NCBI GenBank assembly: GCA_047495785.1
Contig: JBLDXI010000002.1
Coordinates: 1,922,001-1,986,000, forward strand
DNA: 64,000 bases
Direction: 5' to 3'
DNA from: Lepidodermella squamata
Lineage: Eukaryota; Animalia; Gastrotricha
The notes beneath the pieces are model-generated. The model worked only from the letters and a program-made list of their open reading frames with translations, was not told the origin of the DNA and did not search any database. The translations under genes were made by a program, and so were the position numbers. This document shows, piece by piece, positions 12,721 through 25,800 of the stretch (position 1 is its first letter; the number at the start of each line of letters is the position of its first letter).

Positions 12721-15700
12721 CTATTGCAATGTGCAACGGCGTGAATGATGCTCCATTGCGGGATTGAAATGGCAGTGGAATTCACCTGCAAGCATTTTTA
12801 CGATTTCTGCATGTCCGCTTCGAGCAGCGACGTGTAACGGCGTAAAGCCATTATTACTGGTGGCATTAACATCGCACTTGAACTCTCCTGCAAGAATTTT
12901 GACGATTTCCACGTGTCCACGCTTAGCAGCGTGGTGCAGCGGTGTCCAGCCATACGCATCAGAGGCATTAACGTCGCACTGGAACTCTCCTGCAAGCATT
13001 TTGACGACTTCCGCGTGTCCTTTTAGAACAGCAACGTGCAAAGGTGTCCAGCGACCCTCACAATTAGAGGCAATTAAATAGCTGTTAAACTCTCCTGCAA
13101 GAATTTTGACAACTTTCTCGTGTCCATTCATAGCAGCGAAGAACACAGCTCTGTAGTCAAATTTATTGGAGGCATTAACGTCGCAGTTGAAATCCCCTGC
13201 AAGCATTCTGACGATTTCCACGTGTCCATGCTTAGCAGCGTAGTGCAGCGGTGTCCAGCCATCCTCATCAGAGGCATTAACGTCGCACTGGAACTCTCCT
13301 GCAATTATTCTGACGATTTCTGCGTGTCCATTTATAGCTGCCATGTGCAAAGGTGTATGACCATTTTTATTGGAGGCATTTACGTCGCACTTGAACTCTC
13401 CTGCAAGCCTTTTGACGATTTCCACGTGTCCACGGTTAGCAGCGTAGTGCAGCGGTGTCCAGCCATACTCATCAGAGGCATTAACGTCGCACTGGAACTC
13501 TCCTGCAAGCATTTTGACGACTTCCGTGTGTCCTTTTAGAACAGCAGCGTGCAAAGGTGTCAAGCGACTCTCACCATTAGAGGCATTTAAATGGCTGTTG
13601 AACTCTCCTGCAAGGATTTTGACAACTTTCTCGTGTCCATTCATAGCAGCGAAGAACACAGCTCTGTAGCCAATTTTATTGGAGGCATTAACGTCGCAGT
13701 TGAAATCCCCTGCAAGCATTCTGACGATTTTCGCGTGTCCTTTAAAAGCAGCGTGTTGCAAAGGTGTACTTCCGTCTACCCCAGAATCATTTACGTCGCA
13801 TTTGAACTCTCCTACCAGCATTCGGACGATTTCTGCATGTCCCATCTCAGCAGCAATGTGCAACGGCGTCAAGGTATTCCGAATGGCGGCATTAGTGGCG
13901 CACTTGAACTCTCCAGCAAGCATTTTGACGATTACCGTCTGTCCATAAGCAGCAGCCAAGAGCAGAGGTGTATGACCATCTTTATCGGAGGCATTAGCGT
14001 TGCACTTGAACTCTCCTGCAAGCATTTTGACAACTTTCTCGTGTCCATTCTTAGCAGCGATGTGCAGCGGTGTCCAGCCATTCGCAATGGAAGCATTAAC
14101 GTCACACTGGAACTCTCCTGCAAGTATTCTGACGATTTCTGCGTGTCCATTTAAAGCTGCCATGTGCAAAGGTGTATAACCATCCTTCCCAGAGGCATTT
14201 GCGTCGCAGTCTGAAATTCTTGCTAGCATTTCAATTACATCCAGGCTGCCTTTCATGGCAGCGAGATGCAACGGTGTTAATCCCGTCACAGTTGTAGTGT
14301 TCACTTTGATGTATACGTTTGCGAGAAGTTTAACCACTTCGGCCTGACCCTCCAAAGCTGCGACATGCAATAAATTCATGCCGCGTTCATCTTGTTTTAG
14401 CACGTTTGCCTTCATCGCACCCGCTAGTAGTCCAACAACTTTGGCGTGGCCGTTCTTGACTGCCGCCCAAATTGGGGTCTCTTCATTGTTTGTCGCAGTA
14501 TCGATGCTTACTTGAGATGTCGTTCCCAGGGTTTCGACCGTACGCAGATTGCCGTTATTCGCGGCTACATATATGGGCGTTCTCCCCAATAGGTCCTTAG
14601 ACAGCGGATTAGCATTGAACCTCGTTACCAATAGTTTTGCAATCTCATCATGTCCTTCTTGCGCAGCTAGAAACAACGGGGTCACACCTTCGCTGTTTTC
14701 GCAGTTAACGTTTAATTTTAAAGCTGCGGTTGATAACAGCGATGCGATTTCTTCGATTTTGTTCAGTCTGATGAGGCGAAAAAGCAACTATAAATGCAAT
14801 GATAGCAAGCTTACTCATGATCAAGGAAGAATTCTCCTTACTTTTTCTCCCGCGCTCAGGTCTGGAATTGCAATATTTCCATCGGAAGCTGTTTTCATGT
14901 GCTGATTGGCAATTTGGTCTTCTGTTAAAGAATTATCCGTTGCGTTAAGCAAAGCTAGTGGAGAGACGCGCCTCGAGGTGGTTTTTTCACGAATCATCCC
15001 CATGATCGCGTTTCGGAATTTAAATGAATAACCACGGGAATCGTCAAAGTCTTTTGGATGATTACTGAATGTATAAGATGGTCAAACGAAGGACGACTTA
15101 TTGATTGAAACTTACAAAATGATTGCCAAAGTAGAGTCAAACTGAAAATTTTATTTTGTATGTAGAGCTTTGTTTCCAGCCAGAAGAAATAGCTTACAGG
15201 CATGAAGGAATTAGCCAACTCGAACAAAGTGACACCCAAAGACCACCAGTCGCTCGCGTTCGAGTGATCTTTCTTCGCGAATAGTTCAGGAGCTTTGTAA
15301 AGCTGATAACTGAGTCCGAATTTTCCAACTGGTTGCTGCTTGCTTCTATGTGAGAATTTGTACATGGCACATCACCTCAAATACGTGTTCAAAAACGATC
15401 CTACCTTTCGTAAACTTTCGCCAGCCCGAACCCTCCAAGTTTGACAGAGGCGCTGTTATGGAGAAAAATATTCTTGGGTTCTATTGCGCGATGCAGGATA
15501 CCGCTTGCGTGCAGCTTTTCCACCGCAAAAGCAAGCTGTCGTGACCATTCCATCAACAGACTTTCGGGAATAGATCCAGCCGATTTTTCCTTATAATCAT
15601 CCAAATTTCCATCCGAACAGTATTCCATTACCAAATGATAAATCGCACCTGCAGAGCCATGCTCTTCAAACAATGAAAAAAAGAAATATAAAAATGAAGA

Positions 15701-17808
15701 CAAACATGGCTTTTGACCAATTTTGAGTTGTTTGTCTTGATTAAGGTGGCAGATAATGATTTGTAGTGTGATTTCACATGGAACGGAGAATATAGACACA
15801 ACTTACGCACTCAAAGCACAGTATTACGATAAACGAAAAGTGCATCCGACTCACCCTCAAATGATCCGAAAACCGATAGGATGTTAGGGTGCAACAAATT
15901 CACGAGTTTAAGATTCTATATGTTAAAACCTCTTTTTACATGCATTTTTGATTAAAAAAAAACGGGGCTTTACCTCGTCTCGGCTTAGCTTGATTAGTCG
16001 TTCTGCAAAATTAGGATCGCTGTCATAACTACGAGGAATTAGGCTTAGTTTGAAAGCCTTGACAACATAACGGGTCACGTCTTTGTATCGCTTGCATTGC
16101 ATTGTCGAGCCGAAGATACCTCTTCCGAGAGTCTTTTCACGCTTGAACTCGTGGATTGAGGAAAACATTAACTTCTTTGCTTCTGCTACGGGCGCTTCGG
16201 TCTTCACTTGTCTAATGAAATGACTGCCCAGCAGATCAGCAGCCATAGCTCGTTCAGAAGGGTCTTTAACGAGCATCGAGAAAGCAAAGTAATGGTATTC
16301 TTCTGAATAGGATCGGTCTTGGTCGAAGGGTTTCGGTTCACTCCTAAGAAATGATAACGATTATTTATGACAAGATTTATGAAACGTTCGATTTTAGCGG
16401 TAATCTTATTGTGATATAAGGGGACCGAAATGTCCGATGCGACACTCCAAACTTACCCTGTGATGTCACCTGGGCAATCAAACTGAAAACAGTTAAACTT
16501 CGTTCAAGAGAGCAATCGCAATAGTGCTGACTTACTGGCAAGTAGAAGTTCGCTAGTTCGAAGAAAGTAACCCCGAGTGACCACCAGTCGCTAGCCTGAG
16601 AATTTGGCACATTATGAAACGTTTCAGGTGCCCTGTACAATGATGTGCCAAGACCAATTAGTGAGATACTCGCTGAACTGCGATATGAAGTTAAAGCTCC
16701 TCAGATACTCTTATTGCATAAAAGCTTACTCGCTTGTAGGGGGTCTAGCCAGACCAAAGTCGCCAAGTTTGACAGTTTTCTCATCGTCGCACAAAAATAT
16801 GTTCTTCGGCTTGATGTCGCGATGCAGTACGCCGAGGCTGTGAACCTTTTTGACAGCCGACACCAATTGACAAGCCCAGTTATGCAAGAGGCACTCGGGT
16901 ATTATCGCCTGGGCATCTTTTTTTCGCCTAATGTAGCCTGACAAATCGCCGTGCGAACAATGCTCCGTCACCATGTAATATATTTGATTCCCAGTCTGCC
17001 AATGGTCGAGCGTTTCAATCGGCTCCTTCAGCGGTTCTGCATGAGCAAATATAACGTAAATAGTGATCTATTGTGTCTTCTAATACTGTCTACCAATTTT
17101 ACAAAAAAACAAATGCCTTCTACACAGGTTTTGCGCTTTACTTCGGTCCTGCTTCATATATATATAGGAATATTTCAGAGAATCTCAGATTGGACTGGTT
17201 TTAATTTGAATTCCGCCATGAGCAGCGGAAATCGTGGTGTCTTGTGTCTTGTCACGCACTATTGTCATCTCTACGATACGATTCCGGCCATGGTGGGATC
17301 GCGTCAAAGGGCGCTTATTCAAGGCGTGATTCATTCACGTAGCATGTCCGTGCCATGACCCATGGCGGAATTCCTTTCTAACCTGCCCAATTTGTCATTA
17401 GCTTAAATCCCTTAATGACCTGCGACATCTAAGGCAAGCTTTTCCAATTGATGCCATCATGTACCTACCTGTAAATGCGCCACGGACAGCGACAATGTTG
17501 TCATGCTTCAAGCTCTCAAGTAGTTTGTGCTGGTGGAAAAAAATCAATAAGCGAATGCAATCGAAAAAGCCCAAGTGGTTATAATACCGTACCTCTTCGC
17601 AGCTCAATTTTATGAGTTTCATTGCGACAGTCGCATCGCCACCTTCTTGTCCATAAGTCATCAGAATCACGTTCAGGTTGACAGCCTTAACCACGTAGTC
17701 AGCTAAATCCCCATCTTTCCGCCGACATAGCCATACAAAACCAAAACCTCCTTTTCCCAGTTGTTGAATTCTTTCAAATTCAGATATAGAGGTGAATTCA
17801 GCCGCCAT
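12721..17808 (-). CDS. Tandem kinase-pseudokinase-ankyrin protein, copy A (3'-truncated; possibly a pseudogene)
   Basis: Multi-exon. Kinase 1: GKGGFG, VVK, HRDIKPKNIFL, DFG, APE (NEK-like). Kinase 2: GRGIFG, HRAIEPKNIFL, GGFG. Final exon 14787-12721 has ~20 ankyrin repeats and ends at a frameshift just before the hAT MITE. Confidence 0.85.
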
Positions 17809-18832
17809 GTCGGGTAAAAGACGTGTAGCGTTCTGAATCTAAAAACACACAACTAAAAAACTTTGCTAATGAAGGATTATTCTATAGTTAGCCAAAGATC
17901 CCCCTTATCTGAAACCCCGAGCGTGTTTGGCGCTTTAGAGTTAGATTCATTTATCTCTATGAAGGCAAGATGTTTCTCTTTGAAAAATTGTCAAGGCGGA
18001 CTTTTTATTTCACGTTTCTATGCTATTTTCACATGGTGTGTCCCTTTAACACCCCAAAAAGTGGATTGTTGGCATGTGGGAATAGAATTACTCTATGGTT
18101 TTCCATGGAGAAGTAAAATTTCCCCCCGATCTTGAACCCGGGTGAGTTTGACACGGATGGCACGAAATACAGACACATTTTTCCTGTACGAATGACCGTA
18201 TGAATCGAGATTGATGGTGAAATTTGAATTTTCCGGTTTGCTGGTGAAAGTGCCTAATGCATGCCTCAAGTTGTGAATAAAACAACATAAAATGCCTAAG
18301 GCTAATGCATACTGATGATGCGCATTGAGCTCCTTATCCGTATAACCAGCATGCATTAGCATTGTTAGGCATTCTATGTTGTTTCATTCACAGTTCAATA
18401 GAACACTTGTATGTGGACAGGCAATATTGGCAACAGCAGTAACTTAGATACTGCAGTATTAGCGCCGGGGAACCTAGATAGACCTGAGACAATTAAACAA
18501 TTAATTTAGCAAAAATTAAAACCAATAACTGATACGTGGCAAGTTCTTTCCGAGGATTACTCGGATTAATCGAATCAGACTACGAGCCCTAAAACCTACG
18601 AATAGGTAACGTCTTTCGGTCAGGCTGTTTTTTATGGACTTGAACGCGTGTCTGCGCGTCGATATTTCTAATGGATGAATGATTGTATAGATCGTCACAT
18701 CAAGTGAAGTTTTGGCTCTTAAATTATAAATTGTAATTTTTGTTTATCTTGTTCCGCAAACCTTTTTGTAAATGGTTGTAACCTTCTTCTGATTGTATCT
18801 TTATAATGTATAATTAGCGAATAGCTCTCACT

Positions 18833-19320
18833 ATTTATTTATTTATTTATTACGAGCATGTGTCCCAAAGTTGAGAACTCAACAACAAAACATGTCAAAC
18901 CGCATACAAAAGTAACAAAAATCAGGTCCAATCAGTCCATTTCAAAGTCCGCAGGTACATGAGTATAAAAATATTATGTTTTTTTAGTTAACAAATGTTT
19001 ATATACAAGTTGTCGACAGATATTAGTACTAGAGCAGATTTGAAGGCCACAATTGCACTTAGGAGGAACAGAGCTGTAAGAAAGAATTTCAATAGGTCGA
19101 TGGTGAGGGCAATGAAAAAAGAGAGGAAGTGAGTTGAATAAAACTGGTCCACGATAAGCTAGACTAGTTTGACCCGTTGCGAGACGCATTCTAGGTACCT
19201 TAAACGTTAGTTGTGCGCTGCGTGTGCGAGTTGTGTGATTTGGTGTAAAAATGGTTTTTATGGCGTCGGGTGCTTCGTCAACAATGCAGCGATAAATTAA
19301 AGTGGCTATAAGTGAACATT
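18833..19320 (-). mobile_element. 3' end of a CR1/L2-like LINE
   Basis: RT C-terminal motif ...FKVPRMRLATGQTSLAYRGPVLFNSLP followed by a (TAAA)n tail at ~18833-18850. Confidence 0.6.
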
Positions 19321-20001
19321 TCTTTTTCCTTCAAGGTCCAACCAACCCAGCTCAGTACGAAGAGTACTGGCATCGGCATTTTTTTGGTTTCAGGCCGCGA
19401 TTTTTTACATCGATAGACATATACAATCGCAAGATTATGTTTTCAGTCGAATTGCGTGGTTCCTTTACGTGGCCTTTCATAAAAATGTGTGGGTGTTATA
19501 AAACGTTTTAAAAGAAAAATGGAACGGAATGAGTGGAAGTAATATTTACGAATCGTGATAAATAGAAAAGAAGAGGAGAGATTGTGATTCGGTTTAGTTC
19601 AGGTATACGCATCTCCAAGTATTTGTGCATGTTAAATGTTAATATTAGTATTGCTATTCATTTTTTTATTTTTCGAGTCGTCACTTTCTTTTTGATGATC
19701 TCACCCTACCTCGCCAAGCCCGAGGACAACTGGTCACCCAGGATCAGCCTCTGCTTGCGCGAAGGCTGCGCTAGCCCACCGGCTGACAACGCATCTTCGC
19801 TTAAGGAGGCTGGTTAGCCCGCTCGGCAGAGACTGACCCTGCATCCCACGCGCCGGGCCCAGGAGAGCGAGTGAAGCCATACAAGTATTATTATTATTTT
19901 TGTTGTTTTTGTTGTCATACATATTTATGAATAGGAGTAGCGTATGCATATATATAAAAAAAAGCAGTTGGCACAAGAGAAGACGAAGAGTCTATTTACA
20001 G

Positions 20002-20778
20002 CATAGATAAATAAAAAAGAGAGATCTGACACGCTAGTACATTTATGTGTGCCGAAATGATTCATCAAGAGTTTTTGCTTTTTGGTCGCGTGACCTGAAA
20101 ATCACTTGTCAACATCACTATAAAAAATACGGCATAATCAACGCAAGTGACAAGTGATTTCGGGTGGCTACTTCAGCTCAATTTATCTCAAAACACACCC
20201 CCTTCGATTTTCTCGAAAAAAATAGGGCATGCAGATCTCACCTTCAACTCAACGCTTGTCAAACTGGAATTTCCGGCCAGGGAAAGGTTTTCGGTAGAAA
20301 AATTATAAAAGATGCACGTTTCCACACAGTGATTATTATTGCTTTTTCTAGCTTTGTGCAAAAATCGCCTGATGAATCACGGCGTCATCTGAAATAATTA
20401 TGATTCACGCCACCAAAAAAACTAGCTACCAGCCCCACGCCATTAAATTGATTGCTGAAATGCGGAAGATTTGAAAAATCCTAGAAAATTAACGGAAGGC
20501 CGGCCGCAAATTCGGAAAAATGTGGATGTAGCTCGAGTTAGATACTTCAAAATAAAATTAGTTCGGAAAAAATCGAAGGGGGTGTGTTTTGAGATAAATT
20601 GAGCTGAAGTAGCCACCCGAAATCACTTGTCACTTGCGTTGATTATGCCGTATTTTTTATAGTGATGTTGACAAGTGATTTTCAGGTCACGCGACCAAAA
20701 AGCAAAAACTCTTGATGAATCATTTCGGCACACATAAATGTACTAGCGTGTCAGATCTCTCTTTTTTATTTATCTATG
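20002..20778. mobile_element. P-element-type MITE with ~210-bp TIRs
   Basis: CATAGATA...TATCTATG termini; 8-bp TSD ATTTACAG (19994-20001, 20779-20786). Confidence 0.85.
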
Positions 20779-21006
20779 ATTTACAGTCGTATTTACAAAG
20801 CATTTTGATGTAGGAAGATAAAAAGTAGTGCGAAGTAGCAAATATATGTTTACCAGAAATCAGCGATATAACCGTATTTCCCATTCATTACTCAATGATC
20901 AATAGTGATTTTACATTACAACAATATGGTTTTCGCGAGATAGTATTTACTCAGTATATTTTATTCATACAGCATTGAGAAATGGACAATAACATAAAGA
21001 ACATGT

Positions 21007-21655
21007 TCAAATAACAGCCGATTCTAGCTGAGACCGGATAGCATCAAAAGGAGACACGATTGATATTCTGGACGCAATGTGAGGAGCTTGTTCTAACAAG
21101 TTTTGGGCCTCAATACCTGCGTCGGTTTGAACCCGTATAGCACGTGTAATTGATTTAATCGTTCTTTCGGTAATGCGCTTTTCGAAGAGATCAACTCGAG
21201 CATCAAGATGAAGTTGTTTGGTGCTGTAGAGGCGAGGTTTTCTCAAACAGATTTTCAGTGCTATATTTTGAGTGCGTTGCAGGATGTTCATGTTGTCAGT
21301 TGATGTTCCGATGTATGCCTCGCATCCGTGCTCCATGGAGGATCTGATGGTGGCTTTGAAGACCGTTATCGCTTGTTTGACGGGCATGTTTATCTGTCTA
21401 TCGCACAATCGACGCAAGCAAGTGATGCGGCTAGAAACCTTGTCCTGAATCATAGAAATATGGCTGTTAAAATTTAATTTTTTGTCAAAGGTGACCCGGA
21501 GATATTTGATTTCGGGAAGCCAAGGCAGCACGTTACCGTCGAACTCGATTTTGATGCTCTCGTCTTCATCGGCTAGGGAGAAGCGAATTGCCTGGGTTTT
21601 ATCGGCGTTTAATTTTAGTTTGTGGCGGTTGTACCACGTTTGGATTATATAGGCT
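21007..21655 (-). mobile_element. C-terminal RT fragment of a non-LTR retrotransposon (Jockey/I-like)
   Basis: KLKLNADKTQAI...IKYLRVTFDKKLNFNSHI...LQRTQNIALK. Confidence 0.75.
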
Positions 21656-21749
21656 TAGAGCGTCTTCCAGGTCAAATTTTACCTTTAAACGTGAAATTCT
21701 TGTTCTTTCGGAGATAGAAAAAATATTGATATCGTCAGCAAGGCCGCTA

Positions 21750-22875
21750 AAGATTTAATATGTGGGATGGTAAAATTATCAAAAATTGAGTTAGTAAAAA
21801 TTATACTACTGGCATCGGCATGTTCAGGCGCGTTCATAATGATGCGCACCGCCTTATCTTGTAGACTTTGCATTCTTTCGAGCGACCCGTCGTTCGCCTC
21901 GGCAATTATCGTATCATAGTAATGCAGGTGGGAGAATATAAGCCCGTTGGCCATAGCTTTCAAACAATTTCGATTGAGGCCATTTTTTGATGCTACAGTT
22001 AATACGAAAAATCCTTTTCTTGCTTTGGTGCATGCCTTATCGACATGTTCCCGATAGTTAAAGCCGTCATCGATAATTACTCCGAGTAGTTTCATTGATT
22101 TTGTCTGATCAACTTTTTTGTCATCAATAGTGATAGTAATTTTTGGTACCGATGAACTATAAGATAAAATCATGACTTGAGATTTCTTTCCATTTACTTT
22201 GAGCGAATTTGATCCCAGCCAAGTCTAAATCTTTTTGTAAAACTGATTCAATTTCGGTGTCATTCTTTGCCGCGAAGTAGATAGTAGTATCGCATCGGCG
22301 TATTGCACATTGCAGGACGGTGGATTTCAAGGAAGCTAGACGCAGTTCGTTAATGTAAATAGTAAACAACAAAGGGCCTAATACCGAGCCTTGCGGTACT
22401 CCGAACTTCAAATCAGCGGTCGATGAAGTTGTCCCGTTTACTTTTGCGATCTGTTGACGATCAGATAAGTAGCTGTTGATCAATTCCAAAGCAGACTCTT
22501 CAAAGCCAGCGCTACGTAAAGATGATAATATGCCATCTGTGCTCAAGGTGTCGAACGCCTTACTCATATCTATGCTTACTATGGCTATCGTCAAGCCGCG
22601 ATCCAATGCGATACGCCAGTCATTAGTCATTTTTGCCAAGCAGGTGTCTGTTGAGTGAAATTTCCGAAAGCCAAATTGAGCCTTAATTTGAGTGGAGAGA
22701 CATCGTTCAAATTTCCGGAATACAGGTGATAGAATGGGTCGATAGTTACCGACTTGGTCTTTTGCACCGTCCTTGAACAAAGGTGTGACTGTTGCCGTTT
22801 TCCATGCTGAAGGAATTTTCTTCTCCGTAATAACCTTATTGTAAATGAGTGCGAGATGCGGTGCTAAAAAATCTG
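21750..22875 (-). mobile_element. Degraded CR1/L2-type RT
   Basis: WKTATVTPLFK, NYRPI, QFGFRKFHST, DMSKAFDT, GVPQGSVLGPLLF, disrupted YADD, KLLGVIIDD; contains frameshifts. Confidence 0.9.
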
Positions 22876-25800
22876 CTGTTTCCTTAATTACCAACATGCG
22901 CGGCGTTTTGACTTCTCGGCTCTCGGGTTGCTATTCGGCTGCCGATATCCGTGCCTATCTGCCCCTTATTAACTATGTGGAAAAGGTTCGCGACCTGCCG
23001 GCGAAGGACCCCCACCGCCCACCCACTCGCGTCATCGTATTCAAGACGAAGGAGGCGTATGAAGATGCCCGACTCAATGGGATGCAGTGGCTGAACCGGC
23101 GCGTACGCCCCATGCGGCCACCCGTGCTGCCCGCTAAGTGTCGCAAATGTAGTCGATATGGCCACGTCGCTATCGACTGCCCCCTGGCTCCTCCGTCACT
23201 TGTGGCCGCTGCGGCAAAGCGCACCTCACAGAGGGCTGCGGCGCTACCCCCGAACAAGCGTTTTGTTGCAACTGCCCTGAAGGCGGCTCCCCGAGACATT
23301 TCAGTACCTGGCGCGGCTGCCCTGCTTTCAAAGCTGCGCAGTCGGCCGAAGTCGCGTCCCGCCACGCCCGTGCTGCTGCCAAGAGTGAGAAGATCGCCGC
23401 GGCAGCCAATGTTCACCACGGCCGAGGCCCGCCGTCTCCTGTGACGCCCGGGCGCAGCTATGCTCGCACTGCTGCACCGACGCCGCCGCCGCCGCCTGCT
23501 CACCCATCGGCACCTGTCTCCGGGCAGCACTCGGCTGCTCAGCTCAGTGTGGCCGTTGCCGGCATATCGTCTCTTCTTCAAAAAATCCAGCTACAGCTTC
23601 ATCACCTCTCGGATGCAGTGGCAGCTGATCGCGCCAAACAGGATGGCTGGCGTGAGAAGTTCGAGTCGTCCGTGGCTGATCTGGCGGATGAGGTCTACGA
23701 CCTGCGCTCTAGCGGTAACAACCAGTCAATGAGTGTCGACCGTGAACGCTATCGCTACGACGACGACAACTGATATCGTAGTACTAATGGAGTGGAATCT
23801 CCAAGGTGCTAACGGAAAGCCTGTTGAAGTTAGTTACTTGGCTGAAAATGTTGATGCGCTCTTTGTTTTTCTCTCTGAACCCTATTTCTTCCCCCTCTCC
23901 TCTGTCTTTTTCCATCGCTACGCCGTGTTTAGATGTGACAGGGAGCAAGCCCCGGACGATCTGCTGTATCGTGGCTCATGTGGCGGCTCTGCTTTCTTAG
24001 TCCGTGAAGGCGTCACCGTCGTTCGTGAACGTAAGATGCCGCTGTCTGGCCGGAGGCGCAGTGAGTGGCTGCGTATTGATGTCATTCACGACCCTCGTTC
24101 TGCTGTGGTTCGATTGGCTACTGGCTATTGCCCGCCATCCTCCGACTTGGATTTGCGGTTCCCAGAGCAGGAGTTTGAGGAGGCCAACACGTCCCGCACG
24201 CCCTGTGTTTTCGGCGGCGATCTGAACGCTAAGTCTCCTCTGTGGAGTGACGCTGACCACTGAAGTCCACACGGTTATCACCTACATCACATGGTTACCC
24301 GGCTCGGTCTCACCATCCTCAAGTCCGCCCCGACTCACATCGATCTCCGCACTGGCTCTCTCTCGACCCTGGATGTTTGGGTGGTCAATGACGCCGCTTT
24401 ACAGTTTCTTAAAGGGGGAGTTACCGTGGGTGACCGCCTCAGCAGCGACCACTTCAGCACTTCGCTACACCTCGAAATACCCGTGATCAGGGCTCGTCGT
24501 TTGCTGCCTCTTCCCGACCCCACCCCTCGGTTCGATATATCTCGGACCGATCGCCGAGGATTTCAACGGACGCTGTGGGACCTCCTGCCTGCTATTCCTC
24601 TTCCGCAGGTTGGCGACCCTCTGGACCGGCTGCTTGCGTACCGCCGTGCCATCAATGCCGCTATCGTCGAGGCGCGTCGCCTTCATGTACCCCTATGTGA
24701 CCGCAGTGAACTAAAGAAGATTTCCATGTCTGCCGATATGCGCTTGATCCTGAAGCAGAAGCGTGTTCTTGAGCGCGCGATTGGCCCTCATTGTGATCCC
24801 CAGTTGGCAGTAGAGATCAAGCGACTGGACGGCGAGTTTCGAGAAGCTAAGCAACAGCACGAGTTCCGCCGCGACGTTGCGAATCTGCGTATGGTTGAGG
24901 CTCTTTCAGGACAACTTCGGTATCGCGAGGCGTGGGTCCGGTTCCGGCGGCTCGACCGACATCAGCCGCGGCGCTCCAGTGGGCACATGAAACTGGACGG
25001 TGAAACTGTTCTGGCACCGTCCGCTTCGCTTGCTGACGAGTTACTTACCCACTTCGCCGATGACGCCCTACTGCGACCCGGCCGCCGACGACGCCCTGCG
25101 CAAGCGTTGGCTCGAGCTTGAGACCCTGATGGCCACCGATCCTGACCTTCAAAGCAAGGCTACGATTCGTCTGCCAGGCCCTGACGACTTCAGTGTCAGC
25201 ATAGATAATAATAAAGATCGGAAGCTTACGATCCTGCCATAGTGTCAAAATTTTAGGGTGCAAAGGTCACCATGTGCAAAGCCACATTTTTGTGCGTTTT
25301 ATTTGAGCCATGTGCGCCTATCTAAATGCATGTAAAATCGACCCATTTTTAAATCGATTTTTTGAACAACGTCATTTTTGTAATTTATTGGTAACTTGTG
25401 CGCTGGAACAACTTTTTCCGCTCTTTCAAACGAGACCAGGCTCGACTTCCTAGGACCTTTGCAAGGCCATCTATATATTCGCAAAGTAGGTCGCAAAATC
25501 CCGAAGATCAAAATTTGTCGATTATGTCGGGGCGGAAAAAATTGTTAAAATTTGATCAGAAAATGTCAGAAAAAATATTTTCTTTATCAGGATGGACTAA
25601 GCTATCGAAATATATAACTTTTATCCCCGTCCGATTTTTTGGGAGTTTTCCAGTAATTGCGGGGAAATTGTTGTAAGATTGCTCAATTAAGAGTTTTATT
25701 CAATTTTCAACTCAAATAAATCCCAGTTTTCAATGTATTAGACCACAAGCCAATCAGCATCCTCGAAGAAGATTATTTTACCTTTCTTAATGCCGATATG

